64,000 bases of DNA, from contig JACPBQ010000004.1 of the NCBI GenBank assembly GCA_016180235.1, positions 303,674 to 367,673 on the forward strand. The letters run 5' to 3'. The translations under genes and the position numbers were made by a program. This DNA comes from Candidatus Woesearchaeota archaeon. Its GTDB lineage: Archaea; Nanobdellota; Nanobdellia; Woesearchaeales; GW2011-AR4. The notes beneath the pieces were generated by a model that saw only the letters and a program-made list of their open reading frames with translations, made no database searches and had not been told where the DNA came from. Positions 44,124-51,863 of this stretch are shown piece by piece (the first letter of the stretch is position 1; every line of letters begins with the position of its first letter).

Positions 44124-44836
44124 TGCTTAATACTTATTATTTTAAAATACTGGATTCTACGAACATCAAGGCAAGTGAGTTTGCAAAAAAAGGAAACTCT
44201 AATTTAGCCATTGTGGCAGATAAGCAGACAAGAGGCAAAGGCAGATTTAAACGGAAATGGTTTTCCGGGCCAGGAGGGCTTTATATGACAATAAGCCTGA
44301 AAGTTGATGACATCCTCAGGGTTAAATATCTCACTTTCATTGCAGCGGTTTCTGTCTCCAAAACCATAAGAAACATTGCCGGACTGAATGCCCTGGTTAA
44401 ATGGCCGAATGACGTCCTGATTGACGACAGGAAAATATGCGGGATACTTGCAGAGACGATATCCGGCAGGGAGAATTACGCATTGATCGGGATAGGAGCC
44501 AATATAAACCAAAAAAAATTCCCGAAAGAAATAGCCGATAAGGCCACTTCATTATTCCTGAAAACCAACAAGAGATATAATACCAAAAAAATTTCCAATC
44601 TGATAATAAAAGAATTCAATAAACTTTATTCCCAATACACAAAAAGCAATCACGAAAAAATAATAGCCGAGTGGAAAAGATATTCCCACACCCTGGGCAG
44701 GAAAATAAAGGCAAAGACCATGAATAACACTTATATCGGCAAAGCAATTGATGTTGATTACGACTGCAATCTGATATTAAGATTAAAAAACGGAAAGATG
44801 CAAAAAATAACTGAGGGAGACATATTTATCGCTTAG
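44120..44836 (+). CDS. birA: Biotin-[acetyl-CoA-carboxylase] ligase (no N-terminal HTH)
   Basis: The KQTRGKGRFKRKW motif (GRGRxGRxW type), KWPNDVLI and a C-terminal SH3-like tail. The start overlaps the accC stop. Confidence 0.85.
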   Translation: MMLNTYYFKILDSTNIKASEFAKKGNSNLAIVADKQTRGKGRFKRKWFSGPGGLYMTISLKVDDILRVKYLTFIAAVSVSKTIRNIAGLNALVKWPNDVLIDDRKICGILAETISGRENYALIGIGANINQKKFPKEIADKATSLFLKTNKRYNTKKISNLIIKEFNKLYSQYTKSNHEKIIAEWKRYSHTLGRKIKAKTMNNTYIGKAIDVDYDCNLILRLKNGKMQKITEGDIFIA

Positions 44837-45234
44837 TCCTGCATGGCTTTTCTCAATTCTTCCGGAATCCTCGCTGATTTCATAGTTTTCCTGTCGACAA
44901 AGACATTCACCGTATATCCTTCCGCCAGCAATTTGCCGTTTTTCCTGTTTATTATCTCATAACTGAACCTTATGCTGGAATTTCCCATATTTTCAATTTT
45001 TGTCCTTATTATTATGATGTCGTTATATAATGCCGGTCCCCTGTAACTGCATTTCACCTCTACAACAGGGGCTATAAGCCCTTTTTTCTCAAAATCAGCA
45101 TAATTCAATCCTAATTGCCTTAAAATCTCTGTGCGGCCTATCTCGAACCATTTCAGGTAGTTTGAGTAATAGACTACACCGCCATGGTCCGTGTCAGCAT
45201 AATAGACTCTTTGCTCGGTCTCGTTGGTTTTCAT
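44833..45234 (-). CDS. Acyl-CoA thioesterase, 4HBT/YbgC hotdog family
   Basis: RVYYADTDHGGVVYYSNYLKWFEIGRTE is the typical YbgC N-terminus. 133 aa. Confidence 0.8.
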   Translation of the reverse strand: MKTNETEQRVYYADTDHGGVVYYSNYLKWFEIGRTEILRQLGLNYADFEKKGLIAPVVEVKCSYRGPALYNDIIIIRTKIENMGNSSIRFSYEIINRKNGKLLAEGYTVNVFVDRKTMKSARIPEELRKAMQD

Positions 45235-45370
45235 ATTATCTCAATTTTTGCCGGATTATATTGATTATTACCCGGGTATTTAAACTTTTTACTGAAATCT
45301 CCAAGGCCGGCTTTTGGCTTTGGGCAAACTTTAAAAAGGGAGTCGCTAATCTAATAGGGGTGATATATTA

Positions 45371-45604
45371 ATGGCTTTATTAGAAAAAGTACCGTTCCTT
45401 AAAAGAATGCTTGAAATGGGATATACCCTAGCTTTGGTTATTGTGATAAGCGGCATTGTGGGTTTGGTTCTGGCTTATCCTGTCAAGCTGCTGTGGAACT
45501 TTGTCTTTGGAAGCATACTGACGATAAATGTCCTGCAGGCATGGGCTCTGAACGTCCTGATGGGAATTCTTTTTGGCAACAGGACTTCTAACGGCAAAAA
45601 ATAA
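45371..45604 (+). CDS. Small two-helix membrane protein
   Basis: 77-aa ORF preceded by ggggtgat (Shine-Dalgarno-like), with two hydrophobic helices. Confidence 0.4.
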   Translation: MALLEKVPFLKRMLEMGYTLALVIVISGIVGLVLAYPVKLLWNFVFGSILTINVLQAWALNVLMGILFGNRTSNGKK

Positions 45605-45605
45605 A

Positions 45606-46328
45606 TCAAATAATCAGTATAACGACTATAATCAATATCGACAAAGACAGATAATCCTTCAATACCATCTTTATAGGGTTAAAATATGAAGCCCTTTTTC
45701 CATTGTAATTTCTCGATATTAACGCGTCGCTTACAGTTGAGGCGCTATTGAAGATCCTTTCAAGAAGCCTTATAATGAAAATTTTTACCTGCTTTGGCTT
45801 TCTCATGCTGCCTAATCTTGCGCTCTGCGCGTCCTTAATCCTGCCTGCGTAAAGGAACAAAGCTGGAATAAATCTTATTGTCATGGCTATCAGCAAGGAA
45901 AAGTTCCTTATGTTTATCCCAGTTATTTTTAACGGCTTCAATAATCTCTCAATAGCGGTTATAAGACCGGTTATTGTCGTTGTAAAGGTAAGCATGGAGC
46001 CAATCGATATGAAAAGAATAAATTTCCAGATGCTTAAAATGCCAACGCTTAATTCATCTCTTGAGAAAATCGCGTACATTGCCAATATGAAGATGAAAAT
46101 GAAGAAAAAAGGCCTTATATTCCTCAATAATTCCTGGAATTTCAATTTTGAAATTAGTATAAATAATATTATAAGAGCCGAAAAAACTGTTATTTTATTA
46201 TAGGAATCAATGAGGAAAGCAGCTGCGCTAAGGATTATGACTGATATTATCTTTATCCTTGGATCAAGCCTGTGGATTATCGAATTTTTATATGAATACT
46301 GCCCAAATGCCAGCTTCCTAAACATCAA
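45606..46328 (-). CDS. bioN: ECF transporter transmembrane (T) component, BioN/EcfT/CbiQ family
   Basis: SIIHRLDPRIKII N-terminal signature, 5-6 TM helices, located downstream of the ATPase gene. Confidence 0.75.
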   Translation of the reverse strand: MMFRKLAFGQYSYKNSIIHRLDPRIKIISVIILSAAAFLIDSYNKITVFSALIILFILISKLKFQELLRNIRPFFFIFIFILAMYAIFSRDELSVGILSIWKFILFISIGSMLTFTTTITGLITAIERLLKPLKITGINIRNFSLLIAMTIRFIPALFLYAGRIKDAQSARLGSMRKPKQVKIFIIRLLERIFNSASTVSDALISRNYNGKRASYFNPIKMVLKDYLSLSILIIVVILII

Positions 46329-47022
46329 GACCAGCCCTCTTTAAAACAGATTTGGTTAATTTTGACTTATTCCCGTAGAAGGAAACTCTGCCCCTGTTCA
46401 GGACTATTACCTTATCAGAATCTTTTATGTCTTTGATTATGTTTGTCACCAATATTATCCCAATATGATTTTTATTCAGCTTTTTTATCATTGCCATGAT
46501 GGTTTTCTTGTTTTTGTTGTCCAGCATTGTAGTTGGCTCGTCAAAGACAATGTATTTTGGATTCATCACCAGGATTCCGGCTAAAGCGACAAGCTGCTTC
46601 TGGCCCAGGGAAAGCATGTTGACATTCTTTTTTGCCAGGCTTTCAATGCCAAGTCTTTTCATTATCCTGGATACTGTGCTTCTCATCTTTGCTGTTTCCA
46701 TTCCCAGATTTTCCAGGCCGAAAGCGATGTCTTCATCCGCAATGGAATAAACAAGCTGGTCCTCTGGGTTCTGGAAGACAAAGCCCACTTTTTCCCTTAT
46801 TTTTTCCGGATTCTTTTTAGTGTCTATATCATCCACAATCACAGAGCCTTTAGCCGGCAGTAGAAGAGAATTAAGGTGCTTTGCCAGGGTTGTCTTTCCT
46901 GAGCCGTTTGCGCCTATAATTGCAGTATAGCTGCCTTCGTTTATATTGAGATTGATATTTTTTAAAATCATCTCATCTTCATACCTGAAGCTTAAGTTTT
47001 TGATTTGTATCATCTTATTCAA
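46318..47022 (-). CDS. bioM: ECF transporter ATPase component, BioM/EcfA
   Basis: Walker A GANGSGKTT, signature-like LSLGQKQ and Walker B IVFDEPT. Confidence 0.85.
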   Translation of the reverse strand: MNKMIQIKNLSFRYEDEMILKNINLNINEGSYTAIIGANGSGKTTLAKHLNSLLLPAKGSVIVDDIDTKKNPEKIREKVGFVFQNPEDQLVYSIADEDIAFGLENLGMETAKMRSTVSRIMKRLGIESLAKKNVNMLSLGQKQLVALAGILVMNPKYIVFDEPTTMLDNKNKKTIMAMIKKLNKNHIGIILVTNIIKDIKDSDKVIVLNRGRVSFYGNKSKLTKSVLKRAGLDV

Positions 47023-47767
47023 AAGAGAATGAGTATATCCTTAAATTCTTATTTGTTGCTAATTCCAATGTTTTTGTGCTTTTTGACTCTGCAATCCTGT
47101 ATAATTTCGGGCCATTGACTTTTAAGTTTTTTGTGAACCTGTTATCTGCCTTTATATTGACAATTACCGGCTTTTTATTTCCGGATTCTGCAACAAAATT
47201 GACTATTTTTCCTCTTGTTGATATTTTTAATGAGCCTTTTATTTCCAGGAATTCTTCATTTTGCCTGTATTTTCCATCGACATAGATGATTCCGAATTTT
47301 AGATTATTTTTTATTTCCTTAATTTTGCCTTTTTTCCTTTTTCCCGCATAAACTGTGGGAAATTCAGAGTATTTTGGCTCATTATGGAATATGCTGCTTT
47401 TTTTTATTTCAAGATGTTTTCTTATATTGTTTTCCAAAATCCTGTAATTGCCCTCTCCGATATGCTTATAGACGACCTTATTGTTTTTTAATAATAATTG
47501 CGAGGGCCAGAAATTTACTTTTAATTTCTTTATAAGTTTTTTATTACTATCATTTTTGACCTGGAAGCTTATTTTCTGGCTTTTAACCTGGCTATGAATA
47601 TTGCTTTTGTTTTTCTCAAAATCCCACTCAGGAACATGCACTATGATTGTCTTCAAGCCGTATTTTTTGTATTTATTGCCTAATTTCTTAATATATTCTA
47701 ATGATCTTACGCAGTTCATGCAGCTGTAAGAGAAGATGTCCAGCAGCAGCAGTTTTTCAGAATTCAT
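47015..47767 (-). CDS. Thioredoxin-fold protein with C-terminal beta-sandwich domain (resembles the DipZ C-terminal region), no signal peptide
   Basis: The FSYSCMNCVRSLEYIKKL CxxC context is followed by IIVHVPEWDFEK and WPSQLLL. The C-terminus ends in SFSFE, like the FTFG end of that family. Confidence 0.55.
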   Translation of the reverse strand: MNSEKLLLLDIFSYSCMNCVRSLEYIKKLGNKYKKYGLKTIIVHVPEWDFEKNKSNIHSQVKSQKISFQVKNDSNKKLIKKLKVNFWPSQLLLKNNKVVYKHIGEGNYRILENNIRKHLEIKKSSIFHNEPKYSEFPTVYAGKRKKGKIKEIKNNLKFGIIYVDGKYRQNEEFLEIKGSLKISTRGKIVNFVAESGNKKPVIVNIKADNRFTKNLKVNGPKLYRIAESKSTKTLELATNKNLRIYSFSFE

Positions 47768-48345
47768 TTCATGTATCTTTTCACATCAACTTTATTGGCG
47801 ATGTAAGCTGCTACCAGGAGCTTTATTGTGTCTCCTATTATGAACGGCAATACCCATCCTGCCATTATCGCTACAAATCCCAATCCTGTTACAACCATTC
47901 CCCATCCAGCGCCTAATGTGTAGATTATTGCTGTTCCTGCTATCATTGCCAGGACATAATCAAGGTATTTTGGAGTTTTTCTCATTTGCAGTATTTTTCC
48001 TATAGCAAAAGCGGCTATGAAGTAGCTGAATAAGTAACCTCCTGTTGGGCCTAATAGCGCTCCTATGCCTGAACCACCTCCAGCGAAAACCGGCAGTCCT
48101 AAAGCGCCTACAGTAACATAAAGTATCATGGACAAAGCGCCATAATAAGGGCCGAGCATCGCTCCTGACAATAATACAACTAAAGTCTGCAATGTTATGG
48201 GAACTGGAGTGAATCCTAGCGGGATTTTGAATGGAGCCACTGCTGCAAGCAGAGCCGCAAACAATGCCGCGAAAACCAATGGCTTGAGGTTATTAACTGG
48301 TGTATTTTTTTTTGGTTCTGATTTTTTTGCTTTCTTTTTTGCCAT
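47764..48345 (-). CDS. bioY: Biotin transporter substrate-binding (S) component BioY
   Basis: PITLQTLVVLLSGAMLGPYYG and six hydrophobic helices. It is the first gene of the bioY-trx-bioM-bioN string. Confidence 0.85.
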   Translation of the reverse strand: MAKKKAKKSEPKKNTPVNNLKPLVFAALFAALLAAVAPFKIPLGFTPVPITLQTLVVLLSGAMLGPYYGALSMILYVTVGALGLPVFAGGGSGIGALLGPTGGYLFSYFIAAFAIGKILQMRKTPKYLDYVLAMIAGTAIIYTLGAGWGMVVTGLGFVAIMAGWVLPFIIGDTIKLLVAAYIANKVDVKRYMK

Positions 48346-48426
48346 TTGATTGCCTCCAATTCCAAATTAAATTTTTTAAATCCGGGATTTATTTTTTATT
48401 TAAAATTGACTATTTTTAATTGCCTC

Positions 48427-48810
48427 TTATTCTATTATTATCAAAACATCGCCTTTGTTGACTATATCATTCTTTTTTACTTTTATTTCCTTGATTTTTC
48501 CGGCTTTAGGAGCGGTTATGTTGTTTTCCATCTTCATTGCTATCAGTTTTATCAAAGTGTCTCCTTCTTTTACGCTTTGCCCTTCTTTCACGCTTACCTC
48601 GTATACTGTTCCCGGCAACGGAGAAGTTATTGTTCCTGTGGCTGATTCAGCGTGCTTTTGCTTTAAGGTTTCAAAAATAGCTGCTTTTGAATGTCCTGTT
48701 TCCACTTCATAGACATCCCCGGCGCAGTGTATAAGGACCCTTCCGTCCTCGGTTTCCTCCACTTTTACATGGTATTCCTGGCCGTCGACATTGATGGTTA
48801 ATTCTTCCAT
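48427..48810 (-). CDS. Biotin carboxyl carrier protein (biotinyl domain)
   Basis: The biotinylation motif IAMKMEN lies in a C-terminal lipoyl/biotinyl fold (PLPGTVYEVSVKEGQSVKEGD). Confidence 0.85.
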   Translation of the reverse strand: MEELTINVDGQEYHVKVEETEDGRVLIHCAGDVYEVETGHSKAAIFETLKQKHAESATGTITSPLPGTVYEVSVKEGQSVKEGDTLIKLIAMKMENNITAPKAGKIKEIKVKKNDIVNKGDVLIIIE

Positions 48811-48841
48811 TGTTGAAAAGGATATTTTAATAAAAATAATC

Positions 48842-49014
48842 CCTTGAATTTAGGCTCGCCACATTACGGGCTCGCATCATTGGAATGGATTTTTATCCAA
48901 CCGCCCACAATACGGGGCGTTTGTGATGGCATTTAGTGCCGCGACGTTATGCTCGCGGCTGTGAACTATTCCAGCGCAATGATGCGCCGGCGTATTGCCC
49001 GGCGCCTAAATATG
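48842..49014. repeat. GC-rich hairpin-module array, copy 1 (four modules, 7-nt terminal inverted repeat tttaggc/gcctaaa)
   Basis: Modules lie at 48848-48875, 48901-48919 (5-bp stem), 48931-48959 (7-bp stem gccgcga/tcgcggc) and 48984-49011 (7-bp stem gcgccgg/ccggcgc). Loops are related to CGTWWTG / ACAWTACG. An inverted copy lies at 56022-56153. Confidence 0.75.
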
Positions 49015-49053
49015 CCTGGAATTATTATTGTTTTTTATATCTCTAAAAAAATC

Positions 49054-50553
49054 CTATAAAGGCATATTGCCGTGCTTTTTTGCAGGCCGTTTTTCCCTCT
49101 TTGCCATCAGCATTTCCAGGCAGCTTATGAGGGTTTTTCTCGTGTCCTTCTCCTCTGCTATAATGTCAACCCTGCCGTGCTTTGCCGCATCATAGGGGTT
49201 AAGGAATTTTTCCTTGTACTCTTCTATTTTCTGCTTTTTTACCTTTTCAGCGTCTTTTCCCTGCAGTTCTTTCCTGTGTATGATATTAACTGCCTGCTCT
49301 GCTCCCATTACAGCGATTTCAGCATCAGGCCAGGCTATGACCCTGTCGTATCCCATCTCTTTGGAGACTAAGGCTATGTATGCACCACCGTATGCTTTTC
49401 TCATCACTAATGAGATTTTAGGGACTGTTGCTTCTGAGTAAGCATACAGCACTTTTGCTCCGTGCCTTATGATGCCGCTATGCTCCTGGTCCACTCCGGG
49501 AAGGTAGCCTGTAACATCAACCAGATTTATTATCGGAATATTGAAGCTGTCACAGAATCTTACGAACCTTGCAATCTTGTCTGATGAGTTGATATCCAAG
49601 CATCCGGCCAATACGCTTGGCTGTGTAGCCACTATGCCCACTGTATTGCTGTTTAATCTTGCCAATCCTATTACTGCGTTTTGCGCGTATAACTGCTGTA
49701 TCTCAAGGAAAGTGTTTTTATCCATAATTTCCTCTATTGCCTGCTTTATGTCATAGACTTTTTTAGGGTCTTTTGGGACTATCTTTGCCAAATTATTGTT
49801 TTGCCTCTCAGGCTTGTCATTCGTGCTTATGAAATTGGGGTTTTCCAGATTGTTCTGCGGCAGATAGCTTAACAGCAATTTTATCAGCTGGAAGCAGTCT
49901 TTTTCATTTTCTGTTATGAAATGGGCTACTCCTGACTTTTCGTTATGGACTAAAGGCCCTCCTAAACCTTCAAAATCTATCTTTTCCCCTGTAACTGACT
50001 TTATCACATCCGGGCCTGTTATGAACATATTGCTGATCTTTTTTGTCATGAAGATGAAGTCAGTTAAAGCCGGGGAGTAGACTGCTATTCCTGCGCATGG
50101 GCCTAAAATAACTGAGATTTGAGGTATAACTCCAGATGCTAAAGTGTTGTTTTTGAATATCCTTCCACCAGAGTCTAAAGCATGTATTCCTTCCTGGATT
50201 CTTGCTCCTCCGCTGTCAAATAATCCTATGATTGGGCATCCTGTCTTTAATGCATGCTCCTGGAGCTTTGCTATTTTTTCGTTGTGCATCTCTCCCATAG
50301 AGCCTCCCATGAAAGTGAAATCCTGGGCGAAAATGGAGATTTGTTTTCCGCTTATTTTTCCATGGCCTGTTATGACTCCGTCTCCAGGCTGCTTTTTTTC
50401 CTGTAAATCGTAGTTTATTGAGCTTAATTCAGCTAACTGGCCTAATTCTGTAAAAGTGCCCTTATCCAAAAGCAGATCTATCCTTTCCCTTGCTGTCAAT
50501 TTGCCCTTGTCGTGCTGGGCCTTTGCAGCTTCCTTGCCGTTATTTTTTGCCAT
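49054..50553 (-). CDS. Acyl-CoA carboxylase carboxyltransferase subunit (PccB/AccD5-like)
   Basis: The start is taken at MAKNNGKEAAK (ORF track extends to 50637). KLTARERIDLLLD, GGARIQEG and the crotonase-fold duplication length (~500 aa) support the call. Confidence 0.9.
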   Translation of the reverse strand: MAKNNGKEAAKAQHDKGKLTARERIDLLLDKGTFTELGQLAELSSINYDLQEKKQPGDGVITGHGKISGKQISIFAQDFTFMGGSMGEMHNEKIAKLQEHALKTGCPIIGLFDSGGARIQEGIHALDSGGRIFKNNTLASGVIPQISVILGPCAGIAVYSPALTDFIFMTKKISNMFITGPDVIKSVTGEKIDFEGLGGPLVHNEKSGVAHFITENEKDCFQLIKLLLSYLPQNNLENPNFISTNDKPERQNNNLAKIVPKDPKKVYDIKQAIEEIMDKNTFLEIQQLYAQNAVIGLARLNSNTVGIVATQPSVLAGCLDINSSDKIARFVRFCDSFNIPIINLVDVTGYLPGVDQEHSGIIRHGAKVLYAYSEATVPKISLVMRKAYGGAYIALVSKEMGYDRVIAWPDAEIAVMGAEQAVNIIHRKELQGKDAEKVKKQKIEEYKEKFLNPYDAAKHGRVDIIAEEKDTRKTLISCLEMLMAKREKRPAKKHGNMPL

Positions 50554-50739
50554 ATACTTGATTTGAATAGACATCAAGGTTAAGAAGGAGTGTTTAAAAA
50601 GCTTGTGGGAAAGAGGAGAAGAGGGAAAAGGGCGCATAACTACCTTTTTGCGAATATTTTATGTTTGGAAAAAGTATGTTATGAGAACTTTTCCCAAGGC
50701 ATGGCAGTGTGTGCGGCTTATGATTTACCGAAAGATTTA

Positions 50740-50765
50740 AATATGATAATCATATTAATATGATT
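50740..50765. promoter_or_regulatory. Palindromic operator-like element overlapping the promoter of the AbrB-type gene
   Basis: aatatgat a atcatatt (perfect 8-bp arms, 50740-50756) is followed by a third half-site aatatgat (50757-50764). tttaaata lies at 50736-50743. Confidence 0.4.
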
Positions 50766-50777
50766 TGGTGATGCAAA

Positions 50778-51038
50778 ATGGAATTTGAAGTTACGAAGAT
50801 GGGAGAGAGAGGGCAGATAGTCATACCGCAGGAATTCAGGAAGGAGATGAATCTCCATAGGGGGGAGAAGTTCATGATCATAAAGCATGACGGCAATCTA
50901 CTGCTGAAAAGGATGGAAGCCCCTACCATTGATGAATTCAATGCCATGATTAAGAAAGGCCATGCAAGGGCTAAAAAGCTTGGAGTGACTCCTGAAGACA
51001 TGGAATCCGCAAGAAAGAGGGCAAGAGCCAAAAAATAG
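50778..51038 (+). CDS. AbrB/SpoVT-MazE family DNA-binding protein (antitoxin-like, no cognate toxin on the same strand)
   Basis: GERGQIVIPQEFRKEMNLHRGEKFMI is a swapped-hairpin AbrB motif. 86 aa. Confidence 0.7.
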   Translation: MEFEVTKMGERGQIVIPQEFRKEMNLHRGEKFMIIKHDGNLLLKRMEAPTIDEFNAMIKKGHARAKKLGVTPEDMESARKRARAKK

Positions 51039-51062
51039 TGAAAAGATTTGTTATGCGGACTT

Positions 51063-51464
51063 TTAAACCATATCTCCGGTTTTCAGCACTTTCACTTTAT
51101 CCTGCCTCTCAAAATGCCTATCGTCAGACCATATAGCTGAACCGCTTATGCTTAATGCAGCCGCAATAAAGACAACATCTTCTTTGTCTATATACTCCAT
51201 TATTTTCTTTGCCTTGCCCCAATTTTTCCTTATCTCTTCTGTCGGCACTAATCTGATGTATTTAAACAAAATAGCCATTAACTTATCATATCCTTTCCCT
51301 GTTAATCCGGATTTTTCCAGAATGTAATCCTTGTACTTTCTGATTTTATGCAAAGAAGGCTCCGGAAAGTAAAAATCAAACTGAGAATTCAAAATTATCT
51401 TTCTGGTTGCCGAATCACGAATCAAGGCAGACAGGATAATATTTACATCCAGAATAATTTTCAT
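51063..51464 (-). CDS. PIN-domain nuclease (VapC-like toxin)
   Basis: MKIILDVNIILSALI (first acidic residue), EDVVFIAAAL and SDDRHF. The stop/start overlaps the upstream small gene. Confidence 0.75.
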   Translation of the reverse strand: MKIILDVNIILSALIRDSATRKIILNSQFDFYFPEPSLHKIRKYKDYILEKSGLTGKGYDKLMAILFKYIRLVPTEEIRKNWGKAKKIMEYIDKEDVVFIAAALSISGSAIWSDDRHFERQDKVKVLKTGDMV

Positions 51465-51685
51465 CTTTTGCTTAATTCTTCAAAAACACCCCTGTTTATT
51501 TTGCGGGCTACTTCATCTACATCTGCCTGCGTCAGCTTGCTTCTTTTTGTTAATTTATCCATTACCTCCAAATCTTCAATTTTCTCAGAAATTGATTTTC
51601 TGACTACCTCGCTCCATCTTATCTCAGAATGCTTCTTCATTTTCTCATGCAAACCTTCTGGTATGGCTAAAGTTACGTTTGGCAT
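51461..51685 (-). CDS. Ribbon-helix-helix-like antitoxin partner of the PIN protein
   Basis: The start is taken at MPNVTLAIPEGLHEKMKKHSEIRWSEV, by alignment with the paralog at 54951-55172. It overlaps the PIN gene by 4 nt. Confidence 0.6.
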   Translation of the reverse strand: MPNVTLAIPEGLHEKMKKHSEIRWSEVVRKSISEKIEDLEVMDKLTKRSKLTQADVDEVARKINRGVFEELSKR

Positions 51686-51863
51686 TTTCATCACCTTCTG
51701 TGGTTTAATGTGATTACACATATTTAAACCTTTCGTTTATGGATGCGATTAGGTTAATTTTTTGGCAGGAAAATTCAGAAAAATAAAAATCATTACTCCG
51801 GAAGAATTCATTAAACTTCTAAAATAACTAGCGACACTCACGAATACCATATCCTAACTTTTC

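Noticed and set aside
48842-49014. Possibility that the GC-rich repeat arrays (here and at 56022-56153, 24196-24380) are CRISPR arrays
   Set aside because: Units are not identical direct repeats with uniform spacers. Modules differ in sequence and orientation, there are only 3-4 units, and no cas genes are present in the window.
50750-51031. 93-aa minus-strand ORF opposite the AbrB-type gene
   Set aside because: The + strand product has a clear AbrB/SpoVT motif and a promoter/operator upstream. The antisense ORF has no features.
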